Positions 50,543-62,022 of a stretch of DNA of 64,000 nt are shown in pieces (the first letter of the stretch is position 1; each line of letters starts with the position of its first letter). Made by a program: the position numbers and the translations under genes. The notes under the pieces were generated by a model. It had not been told where the DNA came from, made no database searches, and saw only the letters and a list, made by a program, of their open reading frames with translations. The stretch is from an uncultured delta proteobacterium. GTDB lineage: Bacteria; Desulfobacterota; Binatia; HRBIN30; BPIQ01. The stretch spans positions 32,001 to 96,000 of the forward strand of contig CAVXGR010000015.1 in the NCBI GenBank assembly GCA_963761335.1. Direction: 5' to 3'.

Positions 50543-51715
50543 ATGGGAGAGGCCTACATCGTTGGCGCGGTGCGCACCGCGACCGGTCGCCGCAACGGCA
50601 TGCTCAAGAGCTGGCACCCGATCGATCTGGGGGCCGTGGTCCTGCGGGCTCTGCTCGAACGCACCGGCGCGGACCCGAATGCCGTCGAGGACGTGATTTT
50701 CGGCTGCGTCGACCAGGTGGGCGCGCAGGCGGCAAACATCGCCCGCAACGCCGTTCTCGCCGCCGGCCTGCCCGAGACCATCCCGGCGACGACCATCGAT
50801 CGGCAGTGCGGCTCGTCGCAGCAGGCCGTACACTTCGCGGCGCAGGCGGTGATGTCCGGCGTTCACGACGTCATCGTCGCCGGCGGTGTCGAGGTCATGA
50901 GCCTGGTGCCGATCGGGGGGAATGCCATTGCCGGTCACAAGCTCGGCTACGGTGCGCCCTATGGCGTCGGTCTCAAGCAGCGCTATCCGGGCATCAAGTT
51001 CAATCAGTTCGCCGGCGCCGAGATGATGGCGCGGAAGTGGGGCCTCGACCGCGGGAGGTTGGACGCCTTCGGTCTCTCCAGCCATCGCAAGGCGGCACGC
51101 GCCACCGAGGAGGGGCGCTTCGAGCGCGAGATCCTGCCGCTGGAAGTGAAGCGAGATGACGGCACTTCGGCCGAGCTTCGCCGCGACGAGGGGATTCGCT
51201 ACGACGCCAGCCTCGAGTCGATGGCGGCTCTGAAGGGTCTCAGCGAGGCCGGGTTGCTCACCGCCGGCACCTCGAGTCAAATCTCCGATGGTGCCGCTGC
51301 GCTGCTGGTGGCCAACGACGCCGGCCTGCGGCGTCTCGGCGCCCGGCCGCGGGCGCGCATCGCCGCCATGTCGCTCGCCGCCGACGATCCGGTGATGATG
51401 CTCTCGGCACCGATTCCCGCTACCCGCAAGTTGCTGTCGAAGGCAGCGATCGGCGTCGGCGACATCGATCTCTACGAGGTCAACGAGGCGTTCGCCTCAG
51501 TGCCCCTCGCCTGGAGCATCGAGCTCGGCGCCGACCCCGACAAGCTCAACGTGAACGGCGGTGCCATCGCCCTGGGGCATCCGCTCGGCTGCACCGGCGC
51601 CAAGTTGATGACGACGCTGCTGCATGAGCTCGAGCGCCGCGGCGACCGCTATGGCCTGCAGACGATGTGCGAGGGCGGTGGGCAGGCCAACGGCACGTTG
51701 ATCGAGCGGCTCTGA
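50543..51715 (+). CDS. Acetyl-CoA C-acyltransferase (thiolase)
   Basis: DRQCGSSQQA; EVNEAF; GHPLG; MCEGGG. Confidence 0.95.
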   Translation: MGEAYIVGAVRTATGRRNGMLKSWHPIDLGAVVLRALLERTGADPNAVEDVIFGCVDQVGAQAANIARNAVLAAGLPETIPATTIDRQCGSSQQAVHFAAQAVMSGVHDVIVAGGVEVMSLVPIGGNAIAGHKLGYGAPYGVGLKQRYPGIKFNQFAGAEMMARKWGLDRGRLDAFGLSSHRKAARATEEGRFEREILPLEVKRDDGTSAELRRDEGIRYDASLESMAALKGLSEAGLLTAGTSSQISDGAAALLVANDAGLRRLGARPRARIAAMSLAADDPVMMLSAPIPATRKLLSKAAIGVGDIDLYEVNEAFASVPLAWSIELGADPDKLNVNGGAIALGHPLGCTGAKLMTTLLHELERRGDRYGLQTMCEGGGQANGTLIERL

Positions 51716-51749
51716 TCCGCCTCGGAGTGCCTGGGACGGCTCGTTCTGC

Positions 51750-52361
51750 TCAGCGCGGGATCATCGAGGCGACTCCGGCCGGCTGCCAGTTGAGAGCCAC
51801 CACCTGCTGGCGCCGGCCGCGCGTCTGAACGATGCTCACCGAGCCCGGGCCAACGTGCAGCCGGCGATACTCCCCGAGGCCCATGCCCAGGAGTCTGGCG
51901 AGCAGAAGTCGGAGGGGATCGCCGTGGGAGACCAGAACCGTCGCGCCCTCGGCGGCGACCTCCGCAAATACCGGCGCGACCCTCTCCTGCACCGCCCGCG
52001 CCGACTCGATGGCGTCGGTCTCATGGGTGGCGTCATGGAAGTAGGCCCGCATGTCCGGGTCGTCGCGCAGCTCCGCGAACGTCTTCCCTTGCCAGGATCT
52101 GACCCAGACCTCGGCCAGTCGCTCGTCGGTTTCGATGTCGATCGCGTGCATCGCAGCGATCATTGCCGCGGTCTCCTGCACGCGTCGCTGCGGGCTGGCG
52201 AGGACGCGTCGAATCGGAAACGACCGCAGGGCATCGGCGACTGCGGCGGCCTGCTGGCGGCCGCGGTCGTTGAGGGGCGTGTCGCCGCGGCCCAGAACGC
52301 GTCCCTGCTCGTTCCAGTCGGTCAATCCGTGGCGTACGAGAAACACGGTGGAGTCGGGCAT
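51750..52361 (-). CDS. Histidine phosphatase (phosphoglycerate mutase-like)
   Basis: LVRHG.T.WN; SP..R...TA; L.E; VSHG. Confidence 0.9.
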   Translation of the reverse strand: MPDSTVFLVRHGLTDWNEQGRVLGRGDTPLNDRGRQQAAAVADALRSFPIRRVLASPQRRVQETAAMIAAMHAIDIETDERLAEVWVRSWQGKTFAELRDDPDMRAYFHDATHETDAIESARAVQERVAPVFAEVAAEGATVLVSHGDPLRLLLARLLGMGLGEYRRLHVGPGSVSIVQTRGRRQQVVALNWQPAGVASMIPR

Positions 52362-52484
52362 GCGCGATGGTAGCCGCTGGCCGCGGGGGCGCCAAGACCG
52401 GTCCGACAGAACTGCCCCGCCGGTGTTTGCTCCGCGAGGCCGAGTTCGTCTATAAGCGGGCGCGCCTGCGGAGAGGGGGAACTG

Positions 52485-52634
52485 GTGTCCGGCAGAGGCC
52501 TGAGCGTTCTCGATGTGCTGATAGTGCTGGCGGTGGTGGCGATGCTCGTGGTGCTCTCCTTCTACGAGTTTCCGCGCTATCGGCAGGACGTCCTGCCGGT
52601 GGCGGTCAGCGCCACACCGACCCCCGCCCCCTAG
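52485..52634 (+). CDS. 49-aa pilin-like micro-protein (not in ORF track)
   Basis: RBS gagagggg; GTG start; MSGRG|LSVLDVLIVLAVVAMLVVLSFYEFPRYRQDVLPVAVSATPTPAP. Confidence 0.55.
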   Translation: MSGRGLSVLDVLIVLAVVAMLVVLSFYEFPRYRQDVLPVAVSATPTPAP

Positions 52635-53494
52635 CCTACGGCGACCGCGCGATTCTCCTCGATGAAGCGGCCCACCTCGGCCGCGACCTCTTCGCGGTCC
52701 CGATCCACCGTGATCACGTGAGCGCTGTGCTCGAGGATGTGGCAGCGGACCCGCGACGAGCCGATCTCGCGGCGCGCGATTTCGGCGTTCTCCAAGGGGC
52801 AGGTGTGGTCCAGACGGCCGTGCAGGATCAGCGCTGGCTGGCGGACACGCGGCAGCATCCGGCGGGCCGAGAGCTGTAGGGCGGCCAGCTCCACCATGCC
52901 GCGGACGGGCATCGGAAACAGGGGTTGGTTGCGACGCGCCTCCGGATCGGCGACGTCGCTGTCGCGCTTGGGACGCAGCCGCCATTTCACCGGCAGCACC
53001 GGCAGCGCGGCGCGCAAGAGCGGGGCGTAGCGACGCAGCCGCCCGTCGGCGAGGAAGAGCGGCGGCGCCATCAGGACGATGGCGCGGATGCGTTCGCCGT
53101 ATTCGCACGCCAGCTCGATGGTCAGCAGGGAGCCCATCGACAGGCCGGCCACGAAGACCGTCGGGCAGCGTGCCAACAGCATCTCCAGCCCCTGCCGCGC
53201 CGCCTGGATCCATTCGCGTCGACCGCTGCGCAGCAGCTCCGGGCCGAGGGTCGCGTGCCCGGGAAGGCGGATGGCCGAGACGGAGAGTCCGCGCTCCTGC
53301 AGGCGCTCCCCGAGAAAACGCATTTCGTGCGGCGTTCCGCTGAATCCGTGCAGCAGGAGACAGCCGCAGTCGCCTCCGGGCAGATCGAAGCCGGGGATGT
53401 CCGCGGGCTGCATCTCCGGCGCAACGCCGCTCACCAGAGTCGGCGAGGGATCTTGCCGCCCGTCCTCACTGATACGTGGTGCGTTCCTGGGCAT
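52631..53494 (-). CDS. Carboxylesterase / monoacylglycerol lipase-like alpha/beta hydrolase
   Basis: LLLHGFSG.P.EM; LPGH; GLSMG; G..D; SAHV; start uncertain (ATG 53413 is the alternative). Confidence 0.88.
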   Translation of the reverse strand: MPRNAPRISEDGRQDPSPTLVSGVAPEMQPADIPGFDLPGGDCGCLLLHGFSGTPHEMRFLGERLQERGLSVSAIRLPGHATLGPELLRSGRREWIQAARQGLEMLLARCPTVFVAGLSMGSLLTIELACEYGERIRAIVLMAPPLFLADGRLRRYAPLLRAALPVLPVKWRLRPKRDSDVADPEARRNQPLFPMPVRGMVELAALQLSARRMLPRVRQPALILHGRLDHTCPLENAEIARREIGSSRVRCHILEHSAHVITVDRDREEVAAEVGRFIEENRAVAVG

Positions 53495-55409
53495 CCATGC
53501 GCGCCAGGTATTCGGGCCGGATGTGCACGTTGTAGCGCGCCTTGAGCTCGTCGGCGAACTGCTGCAACACCATCCCTTTTCGCTGCGAGAGGATCTGCTT
53601 CTTGATCTCGTCCTTCTTCTCCGCGAACTTGCTCTCGTCGACGGGTACTCGCTTGTCCAGCATCGCGACGACGATCTTGTCGTCGCTCGCGTAGGTCTTG
53701 GGTGCCACGGGCTGCTCGGAGGTCAGCGAGAAGGCGTCCTTCTGGAGCTCCGGTTGGCTGCCGATGCCGGGGATGGAGGCGTCGTTGCGGCCGAAAGGTG
53801 CGGTCTCCTCTGGTGCCAAGCCGTGTGCCGCGGCGACCGCCTGTAGGTCCTTGCTCTTCTTCAGCTCGGCCAGCATGTCATCGGCCGCCTTGCGCGCCAG
53901 CTCTTTCGCCTTCTCCTTGTCGACGTCGGCGATCACCCGGTCGCGGATCTGCGCGAGCTCCGGCACGCGTGCTGGAATCTCCTCGGCGACGCGGAAGACG
54001 TAGCTCGCCTGCGGGGCGTCGACCTCGCCGACCTTGCCGACGTCCGTCGCAAACACCCTTGCGGAGAGCTGTGGCAAGCGGCCGACCCCCTGTATCCCCT
54101 CACTGGCCGCGAAGGGCTGCGGATCGGCGACGGCGACGCCGCTCGCCTGAGCCAGGGCAGCGAGTTGCTGACCACCGGCGGCCTTCTCCATGTCGGCCTG
54201 GGCCTGCTGCCGCCGCGCTTCGTCGCCCTTTTGCTGGCGCACCTTGGGGACCACCTCGTCGCGCACCTCGGCGAGTGGCTTGGGACCGGCGGGCCGTTTT
54301 TCGTCCAGCTGGATGATCTCGAAGCCGAACTGCGTCTCGACGACGTCCGAAAGCTGGCCGGGCTGCTGCAGGGCGAAGGCGGCGTCCTCGAAGGGCTTCA
54401 CCATCTGGTTGCGCCCGATGAGGCCGAGGTCGCCTCCTCGATCCTTGTTGGCATCGTCCTCCGAGTACTGCCGAGCCAGGGCCGAGAAGTCCTCGCCGCC
54501 GCGGGCCTTGTCGAGCACCTGCTGGGCCAGACCGCGCTTTGCCTGCTTCACCTCCTCGGTGGCGCCCTCGGGGACCTTCACGAGGATGTGGCGGACGTGC
54601 ACCTGCTCGGGGGACTGGAAATCGCTCTTGTGCGCCTCGTAGTACTTCTGCACGTCGGTGTCGTCGACCTTGGCCCGATCGGCGAACACCGCCATCGGAT
54701 ACGCCGCCAGCTCGATGCGCCGGCGCGCCGGCTCCTTGTATGCGTCCTTGTGGGTTCCGTAGTACTTGCTGATCTCGTCGTCGCTCGGTGCCCCCTGTCC
54801 GGCGTACTTGGAATCGGACACTTCCAGATAGCGGAGGCTGATCTTCTCGTTCTGGTAGTCGTACTGCTGCCGGGCCTCCGCATCGCTGACGTAGACGCCG
54901 GCCAGGAGCGCGTTCTGGAGCTTGTCGACGAGAATCTGCTCGCGCTGGGTGGCCTCGTACTCGGTCGGTGTCAGGCGATTGCCACGCAGCAGCTCCATGT
55001 AGCGGGTGCGGTCGAACTGACCGGCCCGCTGGAAGGCTTCCTGCTCCTCGATGGAGCGGCGCACCTCGTCGTCGGTGACCCCTAGGCCGAGCCGCTCCGC
55101 CTCCTGCTGCATCAGGTTGACGCGGATGAGCTCGTCGAGGGCGCGCTCGCGCAGGTGCAACGCCTTGAGCAGCTCCGGGCTGGCGTTCTTGGCAAACATG
55201 TTGCGGTAGGCGTCGAGCAGGTTCTGATAGGCGCGGTCCACCTCGTCGGAGGTGATGGCGTGCTCGTTTACCTCGGCGACCATATCGCCGGGCTGCTGTC
55301 GGCGCGACAACATGCCGCCGACGCCCCAGAGGATGAAGACGACGACGATGATCAAAAAGGCCGCTTTGATCCAGACAGAGCTGGCATTCTTTCGCATGAA
55401 TTTGAGCAT
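53466..55409 (-). CDS. ppiD: Membrane-anchored periplasmic chaperone/PPIase PpiD (SurA-N + parvulin)
   Basis: ML..MRK N-terminus plus TM; HVRHILV; F..LA.QYSED....GGDLG; MVKPFEDAAF; VETQFG. Confidence 0.88.
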   Translation of the reverse strand: MLKFMRKNASSVWIKAAFLIIVVVFILWGVGGMLSRRQQPGDMVAEVNEHAITSDEVDRAYQNLLDAYRNMFAKNASPELLKALHLRERALDELIRVNLMQQEAERLGLGVTDDEVRRSIEEQEAFQRAGQFDRTRYMELLRGNRLTPTEYEATQREQILVDKLQNALLAGVYVSDAEARQQYDYQNEKISLRYLEVSDSKYAGQGAPSDDEISKYYGTHKDAYKEPARRRIELAAYPMAVFADRAKVDDTDVQKYYEAHKSDFQSPEQVHVRHILVKVPEGATEEVKQAKRGLAQQVLDKARGGEDFSALARQYSEDDANKDRGGDLGLIGRNQMVKPFEDAAFALQQPGQLSDVVETQFGFEIIQLDEKRPAGPKPLAEVRDEVVPKVRQQKGDEARRQQAQADMEKAAGGQQLAALAQASGVAVADPQPFAASEGIQGVGRLPQLSARVFATDVGKVGEVDAPQASYVFRVAEEIPARVPELAQIRDRVIADVDKEKAKELARKAADDMLAELKKSKDLQAVAAAHGLAPEETAPFGRNDASIPGIGSQPELQKDAFSLTSEQPVAPKTYASDDKIVVAMLDKRVPVDESKFAEKKDEIKKQILSQRKGMVLQQFADELKARYNVHIRPEYLARMDAQERTTYQ

Positions 55410-55501
55410 TGCAGGAACGATAATTTAGGGCTGCGACGAAATCAACAGCGACCCGGGAGAGCCGGCGGGTTCACCTTGCCGACCTCGGGGAATTCTGGTA
55501 G

Positions 55502-56584
<1,083 letters not shown>

Positions 56585-56618
56585 GACGATGCCTGTGAGC
56601 CAGCCGTCCTGAACGCTC

Positions 56619-57458
56619 ATGTTGGAGTTCCTCCGGAGAAACCAGATCCTGCTGACCTCCGGATGCTTGCTGGTCATCGCCCTGGTGCTGGCGTCGTCGA
56701 ACGCTCGTGACCGCTACCTGCAGGAGCCCTTCAACGACTTGCTCCTCGAGGGAATGAGGCCGGTGCAGAGCGGCATCACCAACGCCGTTCACTCGGTCAC
56801 CCAGATCTGGCAGCGCTACATCGCCCTGGTCGGCTTGCAGCGCGAGAACGAGGCCCTGCGCCAGCGCCTCCTGGAGCTCGAGCAGGAAGCGGTGCGCCGC
56901 GCCGAGATCGAGCAGACGAACCGGCGCCTGAGCGAGCTGCTCGACTTTCGCGCCAGCCTCCGCGGCGAAGCGCGCGCCGCCGAGGTGATCGGCAAGGATC
57001 CGCAGCCGTGGTTCCGCTCCTTCGTAATCAACAAGGGCGAGGCGGACGGCATCCGCAAGGGCATGGCGGTGCTTTCGGCCTACGGCGTGGTCGGGCAGAT
57101 TCACACCGCCAGTGCGCACGCCGCCCGCGTCCTGCTGATCACCGACCACAACAGCGGAATCGACGCCGTGGTCCAGCGCAGCCGGGCGCGCGGCATCGTC
57201 GAGGGCGCCGTCTCCGAGGGCTGCGTGATGAAATACCTGCGGCAGGGCGAGGACGTCCAGGTCGGAGATCGCGTGGTGACATCGGGGCTCGACGGCATCT
57301 TCCCCAAGGGGATCGTCGTCGGCCGCATCACCGGTCTGTCGCGGCGCAGCCGCGGCCTCCTGCAGTCGGCGGTCGTCGAGCCGATGGTGCCTTTCGATCG
57401 CCTCGAGGAGGTTCTGGTGGTGGACTCGAACGCCGAGCTGCAGCGGGAATCTCCGTGA
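56619..57458 (+). CDS. mreC: Rod shape-determining protein MreC
   Basis: TM, coiled coil, INKG..DG, TSGLDGIFPKG; operon position. Confidence 0.95.
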   Translation: MLEFLRRNQILLTSGCLLVIALVLASSNARDRYLQEPFNDLLLEGMRPVQSGITNAVHSVTQIWQRYIALVGLQRENEALRQRLLELEQEAVRRAEIEQTNRRLSELLDFRASLRGEARAAEVIGKDPQPWFRSFVINKGEADGIRKGMAVLSAYGVVGQIHTASAHAARVLLITDHNSGIDAVVQRSRARGIVEGAVSEGCVMKYLRQGEDVQVGDRVVTSGLDGIFPKGIVVGRITGLSRRSRGLLQSAVVEPMVPFDRLEEVLVVDSNAELQRESP

Positions 57459-57459
57459 G

Positions 57460-57960
57460 ATGCGACGGGTCGCGGTGATCTTGCTGGTAGGGCTGGCGGC
57501 GGTGGTGGTGCAGAGCACGATCCTTCCCCTCCTGCCGCTCGGCCCGGCGCTTCCCGACCTCCTGCTGGTTCTCTGCGTCTACCTCGGTCTCTACATCCAT
57601 TCGCCGGCCGGCGCGCTCGGCGCCTTCGCCATCGGCTATATCGAAGACGCCTTCTCCGGGAGCCTTCCGGGAGTCAACGCCTTCGCCATGACCATCGTCT
57701 TCCTGCTGGTCTACCTGACCTCGCGGCGGCTGTGGGTGGGCAATGCCCTGTCGCGCATCGTGCTGGTCTTCCTCGCGTCGCTGGTGAAGGCCGCGGCGAT
57801 GATGTTGGTGATCGGCGCCTTTCTCTCCCTCGACGGCCTTTGGCAGACGGTGATGAAGTACATCCTCGCGGAGGCGGCTCTGGCCGCGGCCTTGAGCCCG
57901 CCGATCTTCGCGGTGCTGGGGCACATGCAACAGCTCGATGCGGAGCGGGTGTCGGCATGA
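57460..57960 (+). CDS. mreD: Rod shape-determining protein MreD
   Basis: Hydrophobic; PDL; G...D..SG; operon position. Confidence 0.9.
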   Translation: MRRVAVILLVGLAAVVVQSTILPLLPLGPALPDLLLVLCVYLGLYIHSPAGALGAFAIGYIEDAFSGSLPGVNAFAMTIVFLLVYLTSRRLWVGNALSRIVLVFLASLVKAAAMMLVIGAFLSLDGLWQTVMKYILAEAALAAALSPPIFAVLGHMQQLDAERVSA

Positions 57961-59825
57961 TCCCGCTCACCCCGCGCGAGACCCCGGGGGCGCTCAAGCG
58001 GCGACTGGCGATCGGCATTGCCGTCTGTATCCTCGCCTTTGCGGCGCTCCTCGGCCGCCTGTGGCAGCTGCAGATCCTCGAGGGCCAGGAGCAGCGGATG
58101 CTGTCCGACAACAACCGCATTCGCCTGCACCGCGTGCAGGCGACGCGGGGGACGGTGCGTGATCGCGACGGCCGCACCCTTGTCGACAGCCGCCCGTCGT
58201 TCGACGCGGTGCTGGTCCCCGAGGACGCGACCGACCTGCCCACGGTGGTGGAGAATCTCTCGCAGTACCTGCGGCAGGGCAGCGCCGAAACGCAGGCTCT
58301 GCTGGTACAGGCAAAGGGACGGCCCGCGTTCCAGGAGATCGTCGTGAAACGCGACCTGACCTGGGACGAGGTGGTGGCCATCGAGACCCACCAGCTGGAC
58401 GTCCCCGGAGTGAGCCTGCAAATCACCCCGCGGCGAAGCTACCCCTATGGGCCCATGCTCGCCCATCTCCTCGGTTACGTGGGGGAGGTCAACCGCCGCG
58501 AGATGGAGCGCGACGACCACTACCGCATGGGCGATCTGATCGGAAAGGCCGGCCTCGAGCGCCGCTGGGAGAAGCAGCTGCGCGGCATCGACGGCGGGCA
58601 GCAGGTCGAGGTCGACGCCGTCGGGCGAAGGCTGCAGGTGCTTCGCGAGGTTGAGGAGGTGCCGGGAAACACCCTGACGTTGACCATCGACCTGGACCTG
58701 CAGGAGGCGGCGGAACAGGCACTCGGCGACCGCGAGGGGGCGTTGGTCGCCATCGACCCGCGCAACGGCGAAATTCTCGCCATGGTGAGCCATCCCTCCT
58801 TCGATCCCAACGAGTTCGCTCGGGGGATTCGACCCGCCGAGTGGCGGAGATTGATGACCGATCCGCTGCGCCCGATGAACAACCGGGCCATTCAGGGTCA
58901 GTACCCGCCGGGTTCGATCTACAAGATCATCATGGCGACCGCGGCCCTGGAAGAAGGCGTCATCAATCCCTTCAACCACATCCACTGCGGCGGCGGCATG
59001 CAGTTCGGAAATCGCTACTTCCATTGCTGGAAGAGGGGTGGGCACGGCAGCGTCGACTTGCACGAGGCGCTCGTCCAGTCGTGCGACACGTACTTCTATC
59101 AGGTCGGCCAGCGGCTCGGCATCGAATCGATCGCCGAGTGGTCGCGGATCTTCGGCCTGGGTACCCCCTCCGGCGTCGAGTTGGAGAACGAGAAGTCGGG
59201 TCTGGTTCCCGATCCCGAATGGAAGCGCAAACGCTTCAAGCAGCCGTGGTTCCCCGGGGAGACGATGTCGGTCTCCATCGGCCAGGGATACGTGACCGTG
59301 ACGCCGATCCAGATGGCCGACATGATTGCGGCCATCGCCACGGGGCGCCGCTACCGGCCTCACTTCGTCAAGTCGATCGAGGCGGTCGACGGCGGTCTGG
59401 TGATGGAGACCCGGTCGCAGGAAATCGGCGAGCTGCCGGTGCGCAAGAGCACGCTGACCCAGCTGCGGGCCGCCCTGCGCGACGTGGTGGAGAGCGATCA
59501 CGGCACCGGCAAGAAGGCGCGCCTGCCCGGAATCGAGGTGGGGGGGAAGACGGGAACGGCGCAGGTGGTCAAGCTCGGGCGCAGCCATCTGAGCGGCGCC
59601 CAGGTGCCGCGCAAGCAACGCGACCACGCCTGGTTCGTCAGCTTCGCCCCGGTGGATGACCCGCAGATCGCGGTCGCGGCGCTGGTCGAGCACGCCGGCG
59701 GCGGCGGTGGCGCCGTGGCGGCGCCGACGGCGCGCGAAGTGCTGAGCGCCTTCTTCCACATCCAGGCTGCCAGAGAGGGAAACCGCTATGCTGAAGTTCG
59801 ATCGGCGGCTGATTTCGCATTTTGA
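57957..59825 (+). CDS. mrdA: Penicillin-binding protein 2
   Basis: ATGA overlap with mreD; PGSIYK (SxxK); SCD; KTGTAQ. Confidence 0.96.
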   Translation: MIPLTPRETPGALKRRLAIGIAVCILAFAALLGRLWQLQILEGQEQRMLSDNNRIRLHRVQATRGTVRDRDGRTLVDSRPSFDAVLVPEDATDLPTVVENLSQYLRQGSAETQALLVQAKGRPAFQEIVVKRDLTWDEVVAIETHQLDVPGVSLQITPRRSYPYGPMLAHLLGYVGEVNRREMERDDHYRMGDLIGKAGLERRWEKQLRGIDGGQQVEVDAVGRRLQVLREVEEVPGNTLTLTIDLDLQEAAEQALGDREGALVAIDPRNGEILAMVSHPSFDPNEFARGIRPAEWRRLMTDPLRPMNNRAIQGQYPPGSIYKIIMATAALEEGVINPFNHIHCGGGMQFGNRYFHCWKRGGHGSVDLHEALVQSCDTYFYQVGQRLGIESIAEWSRIFGLGTPSGVELENEKSGLVPDPEWKRKRFKQPWFPGETMSVSIGQGYVTVTPIQMADMIAAIATGRRYRPHFVKSIEAVDGGLVMETRSQEIGELPVRKSTLTQLRAALRDVVESDHGTGKKARLPGIEVGGKTGTAQVVKLGRSHLSGAQVPRKQRDHAWFVSFAPVDDPQIAVAALVEHAGGGGGAVAAPTAREVLSAFFHIQAAREGNRYAEVRSAADFAF

Positions 59826-60891
59826 CTGGGGCCTGCTGATCCTGACGACGTGCCTCATCGCCGCTGGTCTGGCGACGGTGCTGAGCGCTACCTACGTCGA
59901 TGGCCGCATCCTCAGCCCGCTCGCCCTGCGACAGCTGATCTGGGCGCTGATCGGCTTCGGCGGGCTGTTCGCGGCGGTCAGCTTCGATTACCGGCAGCTC
60001 GAACGCCACGCTTACCTGATCTACGGACTGGCGCTGTGCCTATTGATCCTGGTGCCGGTGGCCGGGTCGATCAGTGGCGGCTCTCGCCGCTGGATCTCGC
60101 TGGGGCCGGTGTCACTGCAACCCTCCGAGCTCGCCAAGCTGGCGCTGGTGATCGCCCTGGCTCGCTACCTCCACCCGCGGCTCGGAGAGCAGTCGCTGCC
60201 GTTGCGGGCGGCGTTGATCCCGGCAGTTCTGGTCGCCGTGCCCGCCGTTCTCGTTCTCGCTCAGCCGGATCTGGGTACGGCGCTTCTGCTCGGCTTCTGC
60301 TTCGTGGCGCTGTTGCTGATCGCCGGCATGCGGCTGCGCTGGTTCCTGCTGGGCATCGCCCTGGTGGCACCGCTGGTGCCGCCGATCTGGGGTCATCTCA
60401 AGCCCTACCAGCAGCAGCGCATCCTCACCTTTGTCGACCCACAGGCCGACCCTCTGGGCGCCGGCTATCACGTCATCCAGTCGCAGATCGCCATCGGCTC
60501 GGGAATGGGGGCCGGCAAGGGATACCTGCAGGGTACGCAGAATCACCTCAATTTTCTCCCGGAGCAGCACACCGACTTCATCTTCTCGGTGTTTGCGGAG
60601 GAATGGGGCTTCGCCGGAGGTTGCGTCCTGCTGTCGATCTACGCCGGCCTGGTGATCCGCTGCTTCTTGGTGGCGCTGCGCGCCAAGGACACCTTCGGCC
60701 TGCTGCTCGCCTTCGGCCTGGGGACCATGCTGTGCATCCAAGCGGTGATCAACATCGGCATGGCCAGCGGCGTCCTGCCGGTGGTTGGTGTGACCCTGCC
60801 CCTGTTCAGCTATGGAGGATCTTCGCTGCTCACGATGATGATCGGCCTGGGCCTGGTGATCAACGTGAGCATGCGGCGCTTCACGTTCTAG
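59788..60891 (+). CDS. rodA: Rod shape-determining protein RodA (SEDS)
   Basis: QPSE.AK; QPDLGT; GYH..QS.IAIGSG; PEQHTDFIF; P.FSYGGSS. Confidence 0.96.
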   Translation: MLKFDRRLISHFDWGLLILTTCLIAAGLATVLSATYVDGRILSPLALRQLIWALIGFGGLFAAVSFDYRQLERHAYLIYGLALCLLILVPVAGSISGGSRRWISLGPVSLQPSELAKLALVIALARYLHPRLGEQSLPLRAALIPAVLVAVPAVLVLAQPDLGTALLLGFCFVALLLIAGMRLRWFLLGIALVAPLVPPIWGHLKPYQQQRILTFVDPQADPLGAGYHVIQSQIAIGSGMGAGKGYLQGTQNHLNFLPEQHTDFIFSVFAEEWGFAGGCVLLSIYAGLVIRCFLVALRAKDTFGLLLAFGLGTMLCIQAVINIGMASGVLPVVGVTLPLFSYGGSSLLTMMIGLGLVINVSMRRFTF

Positions 60892-61211
60892 ACGACCTGA
60901 TCGATCGCTTTCATCAGATGCGCCTTGGGGACCGCCCCGACGATCTGGTCCTTGACGTCGCTCCCCTTGAAGAGGATCAGGTTGGGGATCCCGCGTACGC
61001 CGTAGCGGCCCGGAGTCGCCGGATTATCGTCGACATTCATCTTGACGACCTTCAGCCGGCCCTCGTACTGCTGCGCCAGCTCCTCGACGACCGGGGAGAT
61101 GGCCTTGCACGGGCCACACCAGGGAGCCCAGAAGTCGATGAGGACCGGAAGGTCCGACTTCAGTACCTCCTGCTCGAAGGTGGAATCGCTGACTTCTTTT
61201 ACGGCACCCAC
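60888..61211 (-). CDS. trxA: Thioredoxin
   Basis: DFWAPWCGPCK; GIP; GTG start with gaggagg RBS. Confidence 0.95.
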   Translation of the reverse strand: MGAVKEVSDSTFEQEVLKSDLPVLIDFWAPWCGPCKAISPVVEELAQQYEGRLKVVKMNVDDNPATPGRYGVRGIPNLILFKGSDVKDQIVGAVPKAHLMKAIDQVV

Positions 61212-61329
61212 TGTCGGACCTCCTCTGTTGGTCCTGTCGAGAGTAACTGCCGGCCCTGGTCGATTCAAGCGATGGCTCTCGAGGGGCGTCTATCTGTGCA
61301 TTCGCAAGCGGAGTGGCTAGGATACGGAA

Positions 61330-62022
61330 ATGCCCGCTCCGCGCCTACGGAAGGCCGCCGCCGTCGGTCCCCTGTTCAAGCGCCTCGACGAGGCCTATCC
61401 ACAGGCGCGACTGGCGCTCGACTTCGGCTCGCCACTCGAGCTGCTGGTGGCGCTGATTTTGGCGGCGCAGTGCACGGATCAGAAGGTCAACGAGGTCACC
61501 GCCGGGCTGTTTCGCAAATACCGCTCTGCCAGGGACTACGCTTCGGCGCCCCGCGAAGTGCTCGAGGCCGACATCCGCCCCACGGGATTCTTCCGCAACA
61601 AAGCGCGGGCGTTACAGGGATGCTGCCAGCGCCTGGAGGACGATTTCGGTGGCGAGGTTCCCAAGCGGCTGGAGGACCTTTTGAGCCTCCCCGGGGTGGG
61701 GCGCAAGACCGCGAATATTCTGCTCGGCAACGCCTTCGGCATCCCGGGTATCGGGGTCGATACGCACGTCCTGCGCCTGTCGCAGAGACTCGGGCTCACC
61801 CGCGAGAAGGACCCGGACAAGGTGGAAGCCGACCTCACCGCTGTGGTGCCCCGGCGGCAGCAGATCCGCTTCTGTCATCTCCTGCAGGCGCACGGCCGGG
61901 CGACGTGCCATGCCCGCAAGCCCGACTGCCCGGCGTGCGTCGTCGCCGACCTCTGCCCATACCCCGACAAGACGCCCGCGGCACCACCGCCGCGACCCGC
62001 GTTCGGCCGCCGGGTCCGCTGA
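61330..62022 (+). CDS. nth: Endonuclease III
   Basis: AQCTD..VN; LPGVGRKTAN (HhH); VDTHV; C-x6-C-x2-C-x5-C Fe-S motif. Confidence 0.95.
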   Translation: MPAPRLRKAAAVGPLFKRLDEAYPQARLALDFGSPLELLVALILAAQCTDQKVNEVTAGLFRKYRSARDYASAPREVLEADIRPTGFFRNKARALQGCCQRLEDDFGGEVPKRLEDLLSLPGVGRKTANILLGNAFGIPGIGVDTHVLRLSQRLGLTREKDPDKVEADLTAVVPRRQQIRFCHLLQAHGRATCHARKPDCPACVVADLCPYPDKTPAAPPPRPAFGRRVR

